Shown here: piece after piece, positions 36,183-49,514 of the stretch
How the letters are laid out: each line of letters starts with the position of its first letter
Numbering within the stretch: position 1 is the first letter of the stretch
Assembly: GCA_038087875.1 (NCBI GenBank)
Contig: CM075987.1
Location: 25,980,001 to 26,044,000 of the forward strand
DNA from: Malacoraja senta
Lineage: Eukaryota
Length of the DNA: 64,000 bases
Direction of reading: 5' to 3'
Program-made: the position numbers and the translations under genes
Notes under the pieces: generated by a model
What the model saw: only the letters and a program-made list of their open reading frames with translations
The model's database searches: none
Told to the model about the DNA's origin: nothing

Positions 36183-36717
36183 TTAGTGTGCGGGGCTGGC
36201 TGGTCGGTGTGGACTCAGTGGGCCGAAGGGTCGGTTTCCGCGCTGTATCTCCAAAGTAAACTAAAAAAAAATGCCCTTGAGTAAAGCACTGCCAATTACT
36301 CCATTCCTATATACCCTTCAAAAGTTAAAATGACAAATGAACACTAGACAGTAGACCCATCTTATAACAGAGCTATTGGATCTTGCACCTTCTAAACGCT
36401 GTGCTCCATTGTAAAGGCTTTCAGTTTCCCTGACCCTTTGCTGCCTATGTCCATGTGGTTGTCACTTCTTGTTCTAATTTAGCGTTTACCTTGAACAGTC
36501 AAAAATAATAGTTGGTTCATTTACTGATGACAGGTTTGGACCGAACAAGGGGCTCAAAGGTAAGCTTGGTAATTTAGTTTAGTTTAGTTTAGAGATACAG
36601 CATGGAAACAGACCCTTTTCCCACCATGTCCGCGTCGACCAGCGATCCCCGCACTCTAACACTATCCTACACACACTAGGGACATTTTACACATACACTA
36701 AACCAACTAACCTGCAA

Positions 36718-37000
36718 GATTAGTCTGCACCCCAGCGGCATAAACATGACTTCTCCAATTTCCGGTAGCCTTTGCTGTCTCCTCTCCTCCCCTTCTCACC
36801 TCAACCCTCGGCCCTCTGGCTCCTCCTCTTCCTTTCTCCTTTCTTCTCCCCCCCCCCCCCACCCTACATCAGTCTGAAGAAGGGTTTCAGCCCAAAACGT
36901 TGCCTATTTCCTTCGCTCCACAGATGCTGCTGCACCCGCTGAGTTTCTCCAGTACTTTTGTCTACCTTCGATTTCCCAGCATCGGTAGTTCCTTGTTAAG
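36718..37000 (+). mobile_element. Penelope 3' fragment with hammerhead-like core inside an HE1 SINE (36573-37190)
   Basis: ORF end, UTR, CTGAAGAAGGGTTTCAGCCCAAAACGTT; 14-bp TSD CAACTAACCTGCAA. Confidence 0.82.
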
Positions 37001-37699
37001 CAACTAACCTGCAAACCTGCACGTCTTTGGAGTGTGGGAGGAAACCGAAGATCTCGGAAAAAATCCACGCAGGTGACAGGGAGAACGTGCAAACTCCGTA
37101 CAGACAGCACCCGTAGTCGGGATTGAACCCGGGTCTCTGGCGTTGCGAGCGCTGTACGGCAGCAAATCTACCGCTGCACCACCGTGCCGCCCTCGAATGG
37201 GCCAAGGCTGAGGACTGCACCAACACGTTTCAGATTTCGCTCCTCAGATAATGATCCCTTCATGTATTCTTCATGCAGTGCTGCAGGAGGTGGTGGTGGG
37301 CGATATTAAAATGAATCACGTTGTTTTGCCCAAGTCTGTATAATGATGAACAGAGCTTCAAGCATTTACACCCAAGAGCATATGGACTTGACAGGATGTA
37401 CACGTGCCATATTTACTCTGACATTATTTACTGTGCTGCCTGCAAGAATGTTCGTTAGTGATGGAATATATATTGTTGATCCTGGATTGAGTGGATGTGG
37501 AGAGGATGTTTCCACTGGTGGGAGAGTCTTGGACTGGAGGTCACAGCCTCAGAACTGAAGGACGTTCCTTTGGAAAGGAGATGAGGAGGAATTTCTTCGT
37601 CAGAGGGTGGTGAATCTGTGGAATTCATTCAAACTTTATCTTGAACAATTGGAATATTTTCGACAGTTTCTGATTTGTTTTCATATATATTCTGCAGTT

Positions 37700-38280
37700 G
37701 TATAGGGCTCTGGTGAGACCACATGTGGAGTATTGTGTACAGTTTAGGTCTCCTAATTAGAGGAAGGACATCCTTGTGATTGAGGCAGTGCAGCGTAGGT
37801 TCACGAGATTGATCCCTGGGATGGCGGGACTGTCATATGAGGAAAGATTGAAAAGACTAGGCTTGTATTCACTGGAGTTTAGAAGGATGAGGGGGAATCT
37901 TATAGAAACATATAAAATTATAAAAGGACTGGACAAGATGGTGCAGGAAATATGTTCCCAATGTTGGGCGAGTCCAGAACCAGGGGCCACAGTCTTAGAA
38001 TAGAGGGGAAGCCATTTAAGAATGAGACTTTTTCACCCAGAGAGTTGCGAATTTGTGGAATTCCCTGCCACAGAGGGCAGTGGAGGCCAAGTCACTGGAT
38101 GGATTTAAGAGAGAGTTAGATAGAGCTCTAGGGGCTAGTGGAATCAAGATATATGGGGAGAAGGCAGGCACGGGTTATTGATTGGGGACGATCAGCCATG
38201 ATCACAATGAATGGCGGTGCTGGCCGAAGGGCCGAATGGCCTCCTCCCGCACCTATTTTCTATGTGTCAATGTTTCTATA
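37700..38280 (+). mobile_element. CR1/HER1 3' fragment
   Basis: IEAVQRRFTRLIPGMAGLSYEERLKRLGLYSLEFRRMRG. Confidence 0.9.
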
Positions 38281-39911
38281 TGTTTTTAATTATCTGATGC
38301 TTTGAGAGCTTTGTTAGCATTTAGCAGGTAGTTTTATCCCGAATGTGTTTTACGATTTTCTTTAAATATTGCAATGTTTGGTTCAGAGATACAACGTGGA
38401 AACAGGCCCTTTTGGTTGGGATTGAACTTCTTGCCCTTCCCATTTCATATGTTGCCACAGCGACGACATTTCACAAAAGTTGCCCTTCAGAAACAAGCCT
38501 TTCTTCACAGTTCGGCGACGTACTTTTGAAACTACTTTTCTCATGAAGGTTGCTGTTCAAAAGAATAATATTCCTGGAGTTACAAGATTGATCCAACCAG
38601 GATGTCATGAGGTGACACTGTGAACAGTTGATATTAACATAGCTTTGATGTTAAAATGCAATATATTCATTCATTCATAATACAGAAGCAGATTAACAGC
38701 ATAATTTTGTTTTAAAAATGGACACATTTGTCATCCAATATTAGGCATAAAGAACACCATTTCCACATTTGGTTCTGAGAGTTTTTTTCTTCAGGATCAT
38801 AGCGATGATGATGCTCAAATCGTTTTCATTTATTATATATGATATGACATCTTTATTAAAATAACAGAGAGAGAATTTGAATGGCATTGTATGAATTTTA
38901 GTTGCTGTTACCATAAAGTACATTTACAACACATTTATATCTAACCACCTTGACGTTGTTGACTATAACTCAGGCCCCATAATGTTGTTCGTTATGATTA
39001 TATGCGCACTGAAAGATGTTCCTCAAAATAATGTTGTTTAGTTCACATTAGTTTATCGTCACGTGTGGCGAGATACAATGAAAAGCTTTTGTTGCGAGCC
39101 AAGCAGTCAGCGGAAAGACAATACATGATTACGATCGAGCCATTTGCAGTGTATAGATGATACATGATAAGGGAATAACATTTAGTGCCAGGTAAAGCCA
39201 GCAAAGTCCGATCAAAGATAGTCCAAGGGTCAGCGATGAGGTAGATAGTAGATCAGCACTGCTCTCTGGTTGTTGGTAGGATGGTTCAGTTGCCCCATAA
39301 CAGCTGGGAAGAAACTGTCCCTTGAATCTGGAGGTGTGCGTTTTCACACTTCTGTACCTTTTGCCCGATGGGAGAGGGGAGAAGAGGGAGTGGCCAGGGT
39401 GCGACTCGTCCTTGACTACGCTGCTGGCCTTGCCGAGGCAGCGCGAGGTGTTGATGGAGTCAATGGAAGGGAACAGAAGATAGACACAAAATGCTGGAGT
39501 AACTCAGCGGGACAGGCAGCATCTCTGGAGAGAAGGAATGGGTGACGTTTCGGGTCGAGCCCCATCTTCAGACCTTAAAGTGAATACTTTTGTGTCTTAC
39601 AGAAATGTCATAAAACTTCTTTCCAATTGAACCTTCCACAAACGATGCCTCTGCTTTCTCAGATGGAATAAAAGTGTTCCCAAAGAAGAACAGGGGAGTT
39701 TCAGCTAATAGACTTTGCTCAAACAGATTGAACTTGAAATTGGATCCATTAGTGCGTGCTTTCCATGTGCAACTTACACATAACAGCAATTTTACTCAGT
39801 TTACAGGACGATCAATCATTTCCGAATGAAATAGTGCCCATCTGTACACGTCTTTGGTGAATTTGTGCATCTGATGTTTTTATATTATCAGCCATGCACC
39901 TAATGGCTAAC

Positions 39912-40237
39912 GGGTGGCACGGTGGCGCAGCGGTAGAGTTGCTGCCTTACAGCGTTTGCAGTGCTGGAGGCCCGTCTTCGATCCCGACTACCGGCGCTGA
40001 CTGTACGGAGTTTGTACGCTCTCCCCGTGACCGCGTGGGTTTTCTCGGAGATCTTCAATTTCTTCCCACACTCCAAAGACATACAGTTTTGTGAGGCTAA
40101 TCGGCTTGGTATGAATGTAAAATTGTCCTTAATGTGTGTAGGGTGGTGTTAATGTGCGGGGATCGCTGGTCAGTGCGGACTCGGTGGGCCGAAGGGCCTG
40201 TTTCCGCTCTGTATTTCTAAAACTAAAACTAAACTAA
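39912..40237 (+). mobile_element. HE1 SINE, full length
   Basis: A/B boxes, V-domain, (CTAAAA)n. Confidence 0.9.
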
Positions 40238-40334
40238 AGAATTCACAAGTTCCAAACTTTCTTCCTTACATATATTGGATCTTTTGCTTTCAATGTGTCG
40301 GTGAATCACGAACCAACGAACATAGACATTAGAC

Positions 40335-40682
40335 TTTACTTCAGCGATACAGCGTGGAAACGGATCCTTTGGCCCTCAGAGTCCACGCTGACCAGCGAAT
40401 CCCGTAGGCTATCACCATCCGACACACGGGTTTGATCCTGACAACGGGTGCTTGTCTGTACGGAGATTGTACGTTCTCCCCGTGACCTGCGTGGCTTTTC
40501 TCCGGGTGCTCCGGTTTCCTCCCACACTCCGAAGACGTACAGGTTTGCAAGTTAATTGGCTTCGGTAAAGATTGTAAATTGTCCCTAGTGTGCGTCGGAT
40601 GGTGCTAGTGGTCGCTGGTCGGCGCGGACTCGGTGGGCCAAAGAGTCTGCTTCCACGCTGTATCTCTAAACCAATCTAAACC
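40335..40682 (+). mobile_element. HE1 SINE with 5' end replaced by an inverted copy of its 3' end
   Basis: 40341-40427 is approximately the reverse complement of 40588-40670. Confidence 0.7.
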
Positions 40683-41374
40683 CAAAGTCCTGAATAGCAT
40701 TGCTCAAATGGAATTCCAACTTTTGTTAATTTTCTCTCAGAAATAATTTGACGTGATTTTGCATCACCACGTCCTTGGCACCTTTTCGTCTCTCTAAGAT
40801 GCGTGATCCTGAGGAGTTGTGCGGGAAGGAACTGCGGAGGCTGGTTTAAGCCGAAGATAGACACAAAAAAGCTGGAGTAACTCAGCGGGGCAGGCTGCAT
40901 CTCTGGGGAGAAGGAATGGGTGACGTTCCGGGTCGGGAGAACCTTTGAGGAAACGTTTCGAGGACTCGGTGGGACAAGATGCATTTGCGGAATTAATGGT
41001 CAGTCCAAACTTTGGGGTGTCGCAGTTCATCGTCACTCATTCTGTCTGTGCCAGGAGCAGAAAGCACCAGTCAAAAGAGCTGAGCAGGCAGATTCATTAA
41101 ATTGGAAAGCAGCATGAATCCTCAGCACATTAGCTCAGAGTAATGCTTCCCTAATAGGATTTGTTGAGGTGTAAGTAAGAGTGGCATTTGTGGATTTCTT
41201 TTGCACGATGAGCTGGGAGAAAATGAGCTGCAAGTTTAAGCAAACCCCCTCTCATCAAACCGTACAGGTTAGTGTGTGGTTTGGAGTTGCCGCAGTTGAC
41301 TTGCAATCCTTTTGAGTCAAACCGCAGATGGACTTGGTTTGGAGACTGTGAAGGTCAGATTTCCACTTGGCACT

Positions 41375-41762
41375 CTGCGATCGTTTCGCTGATCACCGCC
41401 GCTCAGTCCGCCTGGACCTACCTGATCTCCCGGTTGTCAAACACTTCAACTCCCCCTCCCATTCCCACACCGACCTTTCTGTCCTGGGCCTCCTCCATTG
41501 TCAGAGTGAGGCCCAGCGCAAATTGGAGGAAAAGCACCTCATATTTCGCTTGGGCAAATTACACCCCAGCGGTATGGATATTGATGTCTCTAACTTCAAG
41601 TAACCCTGGCATCCCCTCTTTCTCCATCCCCTCCCGCACCCTAGTTCTCCGACTAGTGTCACTGTCTGTCTGATTAATTTTACTGACTGTACGCCTCATT
41701 GTCATCTTCTCTTCAGCTAACAATGCACCATTCTACATTTCCTTATCATCGTCGGCTTTGAT
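41375..41762 (+). mobile_element. Penelope-like element 3' fragment
   Basis: DRFADHRRSVRLDLPDLPVVKHFNSPSHSHTDLSVLGLLHCQSEAQRKLEEKHLIFRLGKLHPSGMDID. Confidence 0.85.
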
Positions 41763-42042
41763 TAGTTTAGTATAGTTTAGAGATACGCCATGGAAACAGG
41801 CCCCATCCTACACACCTCCACCAGGAACAATTTACACTTACACCAAGCCAGTTAACCTACAAACCTGTACGTGTTTGGAGCGTGGAAAGATAACGGAGAT
41901 CCAGGAGAAAATCTACGCAGGTCACGGAGAGAATGTAAAACTCCGTACAGACAGCGTCCGTAGTCGGGGTCGAACCTGGGTCTCTGGCGCTGTGAGGCAG
42001 CAACTCTACCGCTGCGCCACCATGTCCGCCCACAGATTCTAA

Positions 42043-42402
42043 CAGCCCTGTCCCCACGGTACGAGTTCATTCCAAGAGCTCTCCCGAGTTAAAAAAAAAA
42101 TCAAACTCGTAGTAAGCACGGAGAATGAACGTAGCGGGTACTCGGGAAGCTCGGAGGACGTCTCTTAGCGTCGGAGCTCGGGGATGTTTCTTAGCGGCTC
42201 GTAACGCTAACGGCAGGAACTCGGGAAGACTCGCTAACGGCAGGTAAGCACGGGAAGACTCGTGAAGATTTTTCAACATGTTGAAAAATGTCCACGAGAG
42301 CCCCGAGTACCGACGAGCGGCTATTACCGTAATTCTCCGAGTTCGAATCGGGGCAAACTCGGGAGAGCTCTTGGAATGAACTGGTACCGTGACACAGGGC
42401 TT
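42043..42402. mobile_element. PIF/Harbinger-type MITE, family A
   Basis: Family A TIR; TAA TSD. Confidence 0.85.
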
Positions 42403-42774
42403 TAAGAGTTCTAACCCTGATGGGAGAATGATGCTGTCTGTCACACCAACAGCAGTAACTCAGGCCATACCTCCCACGGTAACCCTCCCTCTAACAAGCC
42501 TCACCCTTCTCTGCCACAGAAGGCAGTGGAGGCCAATTCACAGGACGTTTTCAAGAGAGAGTTAGCTTTAGCTCTCAGGGCTAACGGAATCAAGGGATAT
42601 GGGGAGAAAGCATGAGCGGGGTACTGATTCTGGATGTTCAGCCATGATCATATTGAATGATCACGAGAGGAATAGATCGGCTAGATGCACAGAGTCTCTT
42701 GCCCAGAATAGGGGAATCAAGGACCAGGGGACATAGATCAAAGATGAAGGGGAAAAGGTTTACGAAGAATCCGA

Positions 42775-44105
42775 CATTGGTCAACTTGAGGAGCACCTTC
42801 AGCAACAGACTGGTTCCACCAAGATGCAGCACAGAACGCCACAGGAGATCCTTCTTCCCTATGTCTATCAAACTGGACAACTCCTCCCCTTTCTGTCATG
42901 AGGTAGACCTTCCCCCCCACAAAACCTCTCACCTCCCCCCCTCCCCCAATCTTTATTCATCCAGAATCCTGGACTTTCCACTCGTCACTTTAATTTAACT
43001 TTTTAATTTCATGTTTCATGTATCTTGTGGTGCTTTACGACTGTTGGCAGACCAAATTCCCTGCGGGGATAAATATAGGTATGTTACAAAACTTACCTTC
43101 AGTCGCGCTGTAATTCTGCCACTGGCCGTGTGCGCGATTTTGGCGCCTTTAAGGGGGGGCGGGGTTAAAACGCGGGTTTCTCCTCCCTTGACCTGGTTAA
43201 TATTTTGTTGGAGTACAAGCCTTGGCTGAAGAATCGTTCCTAGTGGCGTTTTGTGAATTTTTTATTTTTATTAAATCGTCAATGTCAGCGCTAGAGTAAT
43301 TTAAAAAGCAGTTCCTGAAGCGTCAACGCCGATAACGGGGACGGATTTCACACACGGGACAGGTAAACGAAAGTGGTTTCTTTAAATGTATAAAAGTGCT
43401 TCTTAAGAAGCCTTTAATTCACATTTTTTCATGCGACACGGTGATTTTATTCCCTGAATTAACGGCAGTATTTTTCATGCCAATACGGGGTTAAATTCAC
43501 CGCAAATCAACGTTCCAAAAGATCGCGTTCCAGAAATCCTCACTCACAAGATGATTTAAATGCCCATTAATTTACAGGTATTAAACATTCAATTCCTTCC
43601 ATTATGTTATATTGTGAATTATTGTGTGAATGTTATTTGGCTATTTAAAAATGTTAATCTATTCTTAAGAAATTGATAGATGTTTAGATCTAGTAATTGA
43701 ATTTTGTAATTAGCTACAATTAGGTAACTAACTAATTATATGCTTTACTTTCATGTCTTCTAAGTAAGATTGTTTCATATTTGTTTCAGAATGCTTCAAT
43801 CTATAATAACTGAAAATTTCTTTCAGTTATCTTAATTTTTAAGAATGTTATGGGCTTTTAACTGTCCTCGATCACAGCTTTTGTGTTAAGTCAAAGGAAA
43901 AGCAATAGGGAACAAGAAGCTAATTTCCGAGTATGAAAATGGCCATAACTTCTTTAATACTGAAGATATGAAAGTGAATTAGGTGTCAAATTAAACTTCT
44001 TTTTATGCTTTATCTGATGGGATAAATTGCAGACTTTATTTTTTAAATCTCAAAATTTTGTAACATTGCTAATAAATAAAGTTCTGTCGTATCATATCGT
44101 ATTGT
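42775..44105 (+). mobile_element. Rex1-type 3' fragment whose tail is split by a DNA transposon
   Basis: STFSNRLVPPRCSTERHRRSFFPMSIKLDNSS; tail ..CCCTGCGGGGATAAAT|AAAGTTCTGTCGTATC. Confidence 0.7.
43076..44071. mobile_element. About 1-kb non-autonomous DNA transposon (hAT-like)
   Basis: TIR TAGGTATGTTACAAAA / TTTTGTAACATTGCTA; ATAAATA on both flanks. Confidence 0.7.
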
Positions 44106-44549
44106 AAAGATATGCTGAGGTATTGAAAGTCTGTGAAGCGGGGAGATTGACAATGCAATTCCAGTTGCTTATTCTGTAAAGGAATGTGCAAACGTTTGAA
44201 TTGATACGAGTCAGCACAGCAATATTACAGAGAAGGGGTAATGCACGTAAAACAGCGATTCAGCGGGAGGTGCGGCACGGTGGCGCAGCGGTAGAGTTGC
44301 TGCATTACAGCACCAGCGACCCGGGTTTGATCCTGACTGCGGGTGCTGGCTGCACGGAGTTTGTACGTTCTCCCCGTAACCGCATGGGTTTCCTGCTGGA
44401 TCTCCCACATCCCAAAGGCTTGTAGGTTAATTGGCTTCTGTAAATTGTCCCCAGTGTGTGTAGGGTAGAGTTAGTGGGCGGGGATCGCTGGTCGGCGCAG
44501 ACTTGGTGGGCCGAATGGCCTGTTCTCTAAACCAAACTAAACTGAGACA

Positions 44550-44967
44550 ATAGACAATAGGTGCAGTAGTAGGCCATTCGGCCCTTCGAGCCAACACCGG
44601 CATTCAATGTGATCATGGCTGATCATCCCCAATCAGTACCCCTGTTCCTGCCTTCTCCCCATATCCCCTGACTCCGCTATCTTTAAGAGCCCTATCTAGC
44701 TCTCTCTTGAAAGCATCCAGAGAACCTGCCTCCACTGCCCTCTGAGGCAGAGAATTCCACAGACTCACCACTCTCTGTGAGAAAAAGTGTTTCCTCGTCT
44801 CTGTTCTAAATGGCTTACTCCTTATTCTTAAACTGTGGCCCCTGGTTTTGGACTCCCCCAACATCGGGAACATGTTTCCTGCCTCGAGTGTGTCCAAGCC
44901 CTTAACAATCTTATATGTTTCAATGAGATGCCCTCTCATCCTTCTGAACTCCAGAGTGTACAAGCCC
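44550..44967 (-). mobile_element. CR1/HER1 3' fragment flanked by a duplicated HE1 3' half
   Basis: GLYTLEFRRMRGHLIETYKIVKGLD..; 44429-44549 repeated at 44968-45100. Confidence 0.88.
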
Positions 44968-45507
44968 AATTGGCTTCTGTAAATTGTCCCTAGTGTGTGT
45001 AGGGTAGAGTTAGTGTGCGGGGATCGCTGGTCGGCGCAGACTCGGTGGGCCGAATGGCCTGTTTCCGCACTGTATCTCTTAACCAAACTAAACTGAGACA
45101 TGCTAACTTTTGTACTGATACAAGTCAATATGTAATATCACAGAGAAGAAGGAAAGCAATTTCGACTGGTGAGGAAAACCGAAAGGAAAAAAACGATAGT
45201 AGATAATTTAAAGGGAATTAATAAAAATGGAGTGCACAAGATCAGAAGCTGGAGTTAATGAAAGGATGATCAATGATACTGGATGTTCCTTGCTCCTGCT
45301 CCTCAAAGTCACAAATTCAAAAATTTCTTCAGAAGGAATGGTTTCAGATCTTTGACCATTCCAACGCCAGCTTCTAAGCCGCTTCGCCTTTGATCAACAG
45401 AAAGATAAATCGTAAAGAAGATTTAAGAATAATAAACAGAAAATGCAGGTCAGACTATACCTGTCTCTTTCAGACCTGCTCATTCCTGCTATCAATCATC
45501 CATATTT

Positions 45508-45772
45508 GGGTGGCGCAGCGGTAGAGTTGCAGCCTTTACGCGCCAGAGACCCAGGTTCCATCCCGACTACGGGAGCGTAGGTTTTCACCGAGATCTTCGG
45601 TTTCCTCCCACACACTCCAAACGACGCGCAGGTTTGTAGGTTAATTGGCTTGGGATTAGTGTAAATTGTCCCTAGTGAGTGTAGGATAGTGTTAGTGTGC
45701 GGGGATCGCTGGTCGGTGTGGACTCGGTGGGCTGAAGGGCCTGTTTCTGCGCTGTATCTCCAAACTAAACTG
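45508..45772 (+). mobile_element. HE1 SINE with internal deletion
   Basis: A/B boxes, part of V-domain missing. Confidence 0.85.
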
Positions 45773-46799
45773 AAAGATCATCTATGGTCTGATTAAATGA
45801 TAGAACAGGCTCAATGGACTGAATGGACTGAATTTCTGTTAGTCTGTTAGTTTGAACATAGAAAAATGGAAGCATAGAAAGTAGGTGCAGGAGTAGGCCT
45901 GTCGGCCTTTCAATTCAATATGATGATGGCTGATCATCCAAAATCAGTACCCCGTTCCTGCTTTCTCCCCATATCCCTTGATTCCATTAGCCCCAAGAGC
46001 TATGTGCAGTTTCCTCTTCAGATACAGCGTTCAGAAGTGTAACTATCAACTATATCATGGCAGATTGTGATACCTAATTCACAAAGTGGCAAGGACAAGT
46101 TTGATGTTCTAATTACTAAACAGCAGCATGCACATCTAAGAGGCCTTTACACAAAATGCTTTGTAGCTCATTGGGTTTATGAAAGGTTTAGGCAGACTGG
46201 GGAGTTAGTGAGGGACTGATCATGTGAATTGAATTTGCTTTCCACCTGCCATATGCAATGACAGCGTTATCTCTGATGAGACAGAAGCGGTGGGGAGTAA
46301 CGAAATATTATTACAATATCAACAGCCCTCCGATTAACTCTTATTCGAGTCACAAAATGGATACCCTTTTGGTATTTATTCCGAGTTTCCAGGCAAAGCT
46401 GCATCATCAATGAAGGTAATTGGGTGCCTCAAGAACTTTGTTAGCAAATTGGGCTATAAAAATCGCCTTTCTATGAATTTTAAATGACACATTACAACTC
46501 GCCATGAATAAAATAAGATCAAAGCCATGGGATATTTTATTGAAAGTCATAAAATGAATTTGTAGCCGGGCTGGAAATGGAATTGACTTGACATGGCAAT
46601 TAAATTTATAGGTGAGAACTTATTGATTATCGGCCACCAGTTATTTTGCCACACGTCAGTTCCTGTATTTCTCTCTATTATTTATGCCACACGTTACCAC
46701 TCCAGTGATAATAACTCCCTCATTTACAGGACGAAATACATAACATCGGTGTTAAATATTATACAACAGCATCTTGAAAGTGCGCAACAGAAACTGTGG

Positions 46800-47112
46800 A
46801 CCTTGTCCCTCTGGAAGGCGACTCCGGACTGTCAAAGCTGCCACAGCCAGACATAAAAACAGTTTTTATCCACGAGTAGTTGCTCTACTCAACAGCCAAA
46901 AATCTGTAGCCTCCCTTTGATCTGGTATTTTGTTGGTTCACCTGCTTGATCAATGGTGTTTTATCATTAATGTCTTATTATTATTAATGTTTAGTGTTTT
47001 CTGAGTCATTCGTAACTGTCACTGTATATCATGTTGTTACTTGTGGGCGGAGCACCAAGGCAAATTCCTTGTATGTGAATACTTGGCCAATAAACTTACT
47101 TACTTACTTACT
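46800..47112 (+). mobile_element. Rex1-type 3' fragment
   Basis: PSGRRLRTVKAATARHKNSFYPRVVALLNS; AATAAA(CTTA)n tail. Confidence 0.75.
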
Positions 47113-47359
47113 TAAGCTGCCCGTACTGTCTAGTTCTTCCCGCGTTTCATTTAGCAACCCAAGGACTGCCGGAGTGCAACAGAGTGGACATTTCTGCTTG
47201 TGAAATAACCTTTTTCTTTGGAAAAAAAAGTTAAAAGTTAAAAGGCTGATAATTTGCCTCCAGAATAATGGCGTGTTAATACTGCAGCTCATGCACAAAT
47301 GTTACAAGAAACGGCAGGGAAGGAAGGCTGGCGAGGGAGATTAAACAGATGCACCAAAT

Positions 47360-47562
47360 GTAGACACAAAATACTGCAGTAACACGGCAGGACAGGCAGC
47401 ATCTCTGGAGAGAAGGAATGGGTGATGTTTTGGGTCGAGACCCTTCCTTTGACTCAACGTCGCCCATTCCTTTTCTCCAGAGATGCTGCCTGTCCCGCCG
47501 TGTTACTCCAGCATTTTGTGTCCATCTTCGGTGTAAACCAGCATCTGCAGTTCCTTCCTACC
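47360..47562 (+). mobile_element. Penelope-derived fold-back element
   Basis: Inverted arms ending CAGCATCTGCAGTTCCTTCCTAC. Confidence 0.78.
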
Positions 47563-47603
47563 CAAAAGATGTTCTCTGTTGTGTACTAAGTATTGTCATG
47601 AGG

Positions 47604-48045
47604 TCATAAGGTCATAAGTGATAGGAGCAGAATTAGGCCATTCGGCCCATCAAGTCTACTCCACCATTCAATCATGGCTGATCTATCACTCCCTCCTAAC
47701 CCCATTCTCCTGCCTTCTCCCCCTAACCCTTGACACCCATACTAATCAAGAATCTATCTATCTCTGCCTTAAAAATATCCACTGACTTGGCCTCAACAGC
47801 CGTCTGTGGCAAAGAATTCCACAGATTCACCACCCTCTGACTAACGAAATTCCTCCTCATCTCCTTCCTTAAGGGACATCCTTTAATTCTGAGGCTGATC
47901 TCTAATCCTAGACTCTCCCGTTAGTGGATACATCCTCTCCACATCCACTCTATCCAAGCCTTTCACTATTCTGTACGTTTCAATGAGGTTCCCCCTCATT
48001 CTTCTAAACTCCAGCGTGTGCAGGCCCAGTGCTGTCAAACGCTCA
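47604..48045 (-). mobile_element. CR1/HER1 3' fragment
   Basis: DERLTALGLHTLEFRRMRGNLIETYRIVKGLDRVDVERMYPL. Confidence 0.85.
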
Positions 48046-48615
48046 TCATTGTGAAAAATGCACTTTGGTCTCGACTCCACCATATAAACATGTTGAATGG
48101 TGCAAACATGTTGTAGTAAATATAAACTGTTCCCATCTTAGAAAGTAAAAACACCAGAAGTGTCCAAATGGGACAATAGTTAAGACTATTGAAGGAATAT
48201 CCTTATCCAGAGATGCTGCCTGATCCTCTGAGTTACTCCAGCTCTTTGTCTCTGGCTTCGAAGGAATTTCCTTCTTATTTCCCAGAGTAGGATAATCGAG
48301 AACCAAAGGACATAGGTTTAAGATGAGGGGAGATAGAGTTAATAGGAATCTGAGGAGTAACTATTTCACACAATGGGTGGTGGGTGTATGGAACGAGCTA
48401 CTGGAGGAGGTAGTTGAGGCTGGGACTATCACAATGTTTCAAAATTCACAATCACAAACATTTGAAAAGGCACATGGGTAGGACAGGTTTGGAGGGGTAT
48501 GGGGCAAACGCAGGCAGCTGGGACTAGTGTAGATGGGGCGTGTTGGTCGACGTGGGAAAGTTGAGCCGAAGGGCCTGTTTCCACGCTGTATGATTCCCTA
48601 AGACTCTGTAAATAA

Positions 48616-48975
48616 AGGGCCTGTCCCACCAGCATGCGATTGCTTGCGTCTAGCGCGACCAAATGTGGTGGCTTGAGGCGTACGGCCGCGCGGGGCCGGT
48701 CCCACTTCCAACCGCGGAGCCGTATGGAGCTGGTCCCGACATCAGACTCACATATGCGTTTGGCGATCGCATACGGCGTCGAGGCCGCTGCGGGCCGGCA
48801 GGCCTTTGCTGCGCGGAATTTTTGAACACTGTCAGTTTTTCGGAGCGATGTCGGGACCAGCTCCGCACAACTCCATACGGCTCCGGCGATCGAAGTGGGA
48901 CCGGCCCCGCGAGGCCACACGGCTATGTTAGGTCGCGCTAGCTGCATGCAGTCGCATGCTCGTGGGACAGGCCCT
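48616..48975. mobile_element. PIF/Harbinger-type MITE, family F
   Basis: Long TIR AGGGCCTGTCCCAC(C/G)AGCATGCGA..; TAA TSD. Confidence 0.9.
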
Positions 48976-49192
48976 TAAGTGTTCAAATGGGACAATAGGG
49001 AAGTCTGTTGAAGGTATATCAAACATTACAACCCAAATTAGCCATTCCTCAAGTGATGAGCAAAGAAGAGTGGAGTATGAATTAAAATCTCTGGTAAGCA
49101 GTAAGTTCTGTAATACAGTATTTACAGTACTTGGGCCCACAGCCGAACACACAACTTCTGGAAGTTGACAATAGAAAAGGAGTTTACAAGGG

Positions 49193-49514
49193 GGTGACAC
49201 AGTGGCGCAGCGGTAGAGTTGCTGCCTTACAGCGCTTGGAGCACCGGAGACCCCTGGTTCGATCCCAACTACGGGTGCTGTCTGTTCGGAGTTTGTACGT
49301 TCCTCCCGTGACCCGCACGGGTTTTTTCCGAGATCTTCGGTTTCCTCCCACACTCCAAAGACGTGTACAGGTTTGTAGGTTTTATTGGCTTGGTATAAGT
49401 GTAAATTGTCCCGAGTGTGTGTAGGATAGCGTTAATGTGCTGGGATCGCTGGTCGTTGCGGACTCGGTGGGCCGAAGGGCCTGTTTACGCGCTGTATCTC
49501 TAAACTAAACTAAA
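49193..49514 (+). mobile_element. HE1 SINE
   Basis: A/B boxes, V-domain, tail. Confidence 0.9.

Noticed and set aside
48429..48947. 172-aa ORF
   Set aside because: Reads through a palindromic MITE into a CR1 tail
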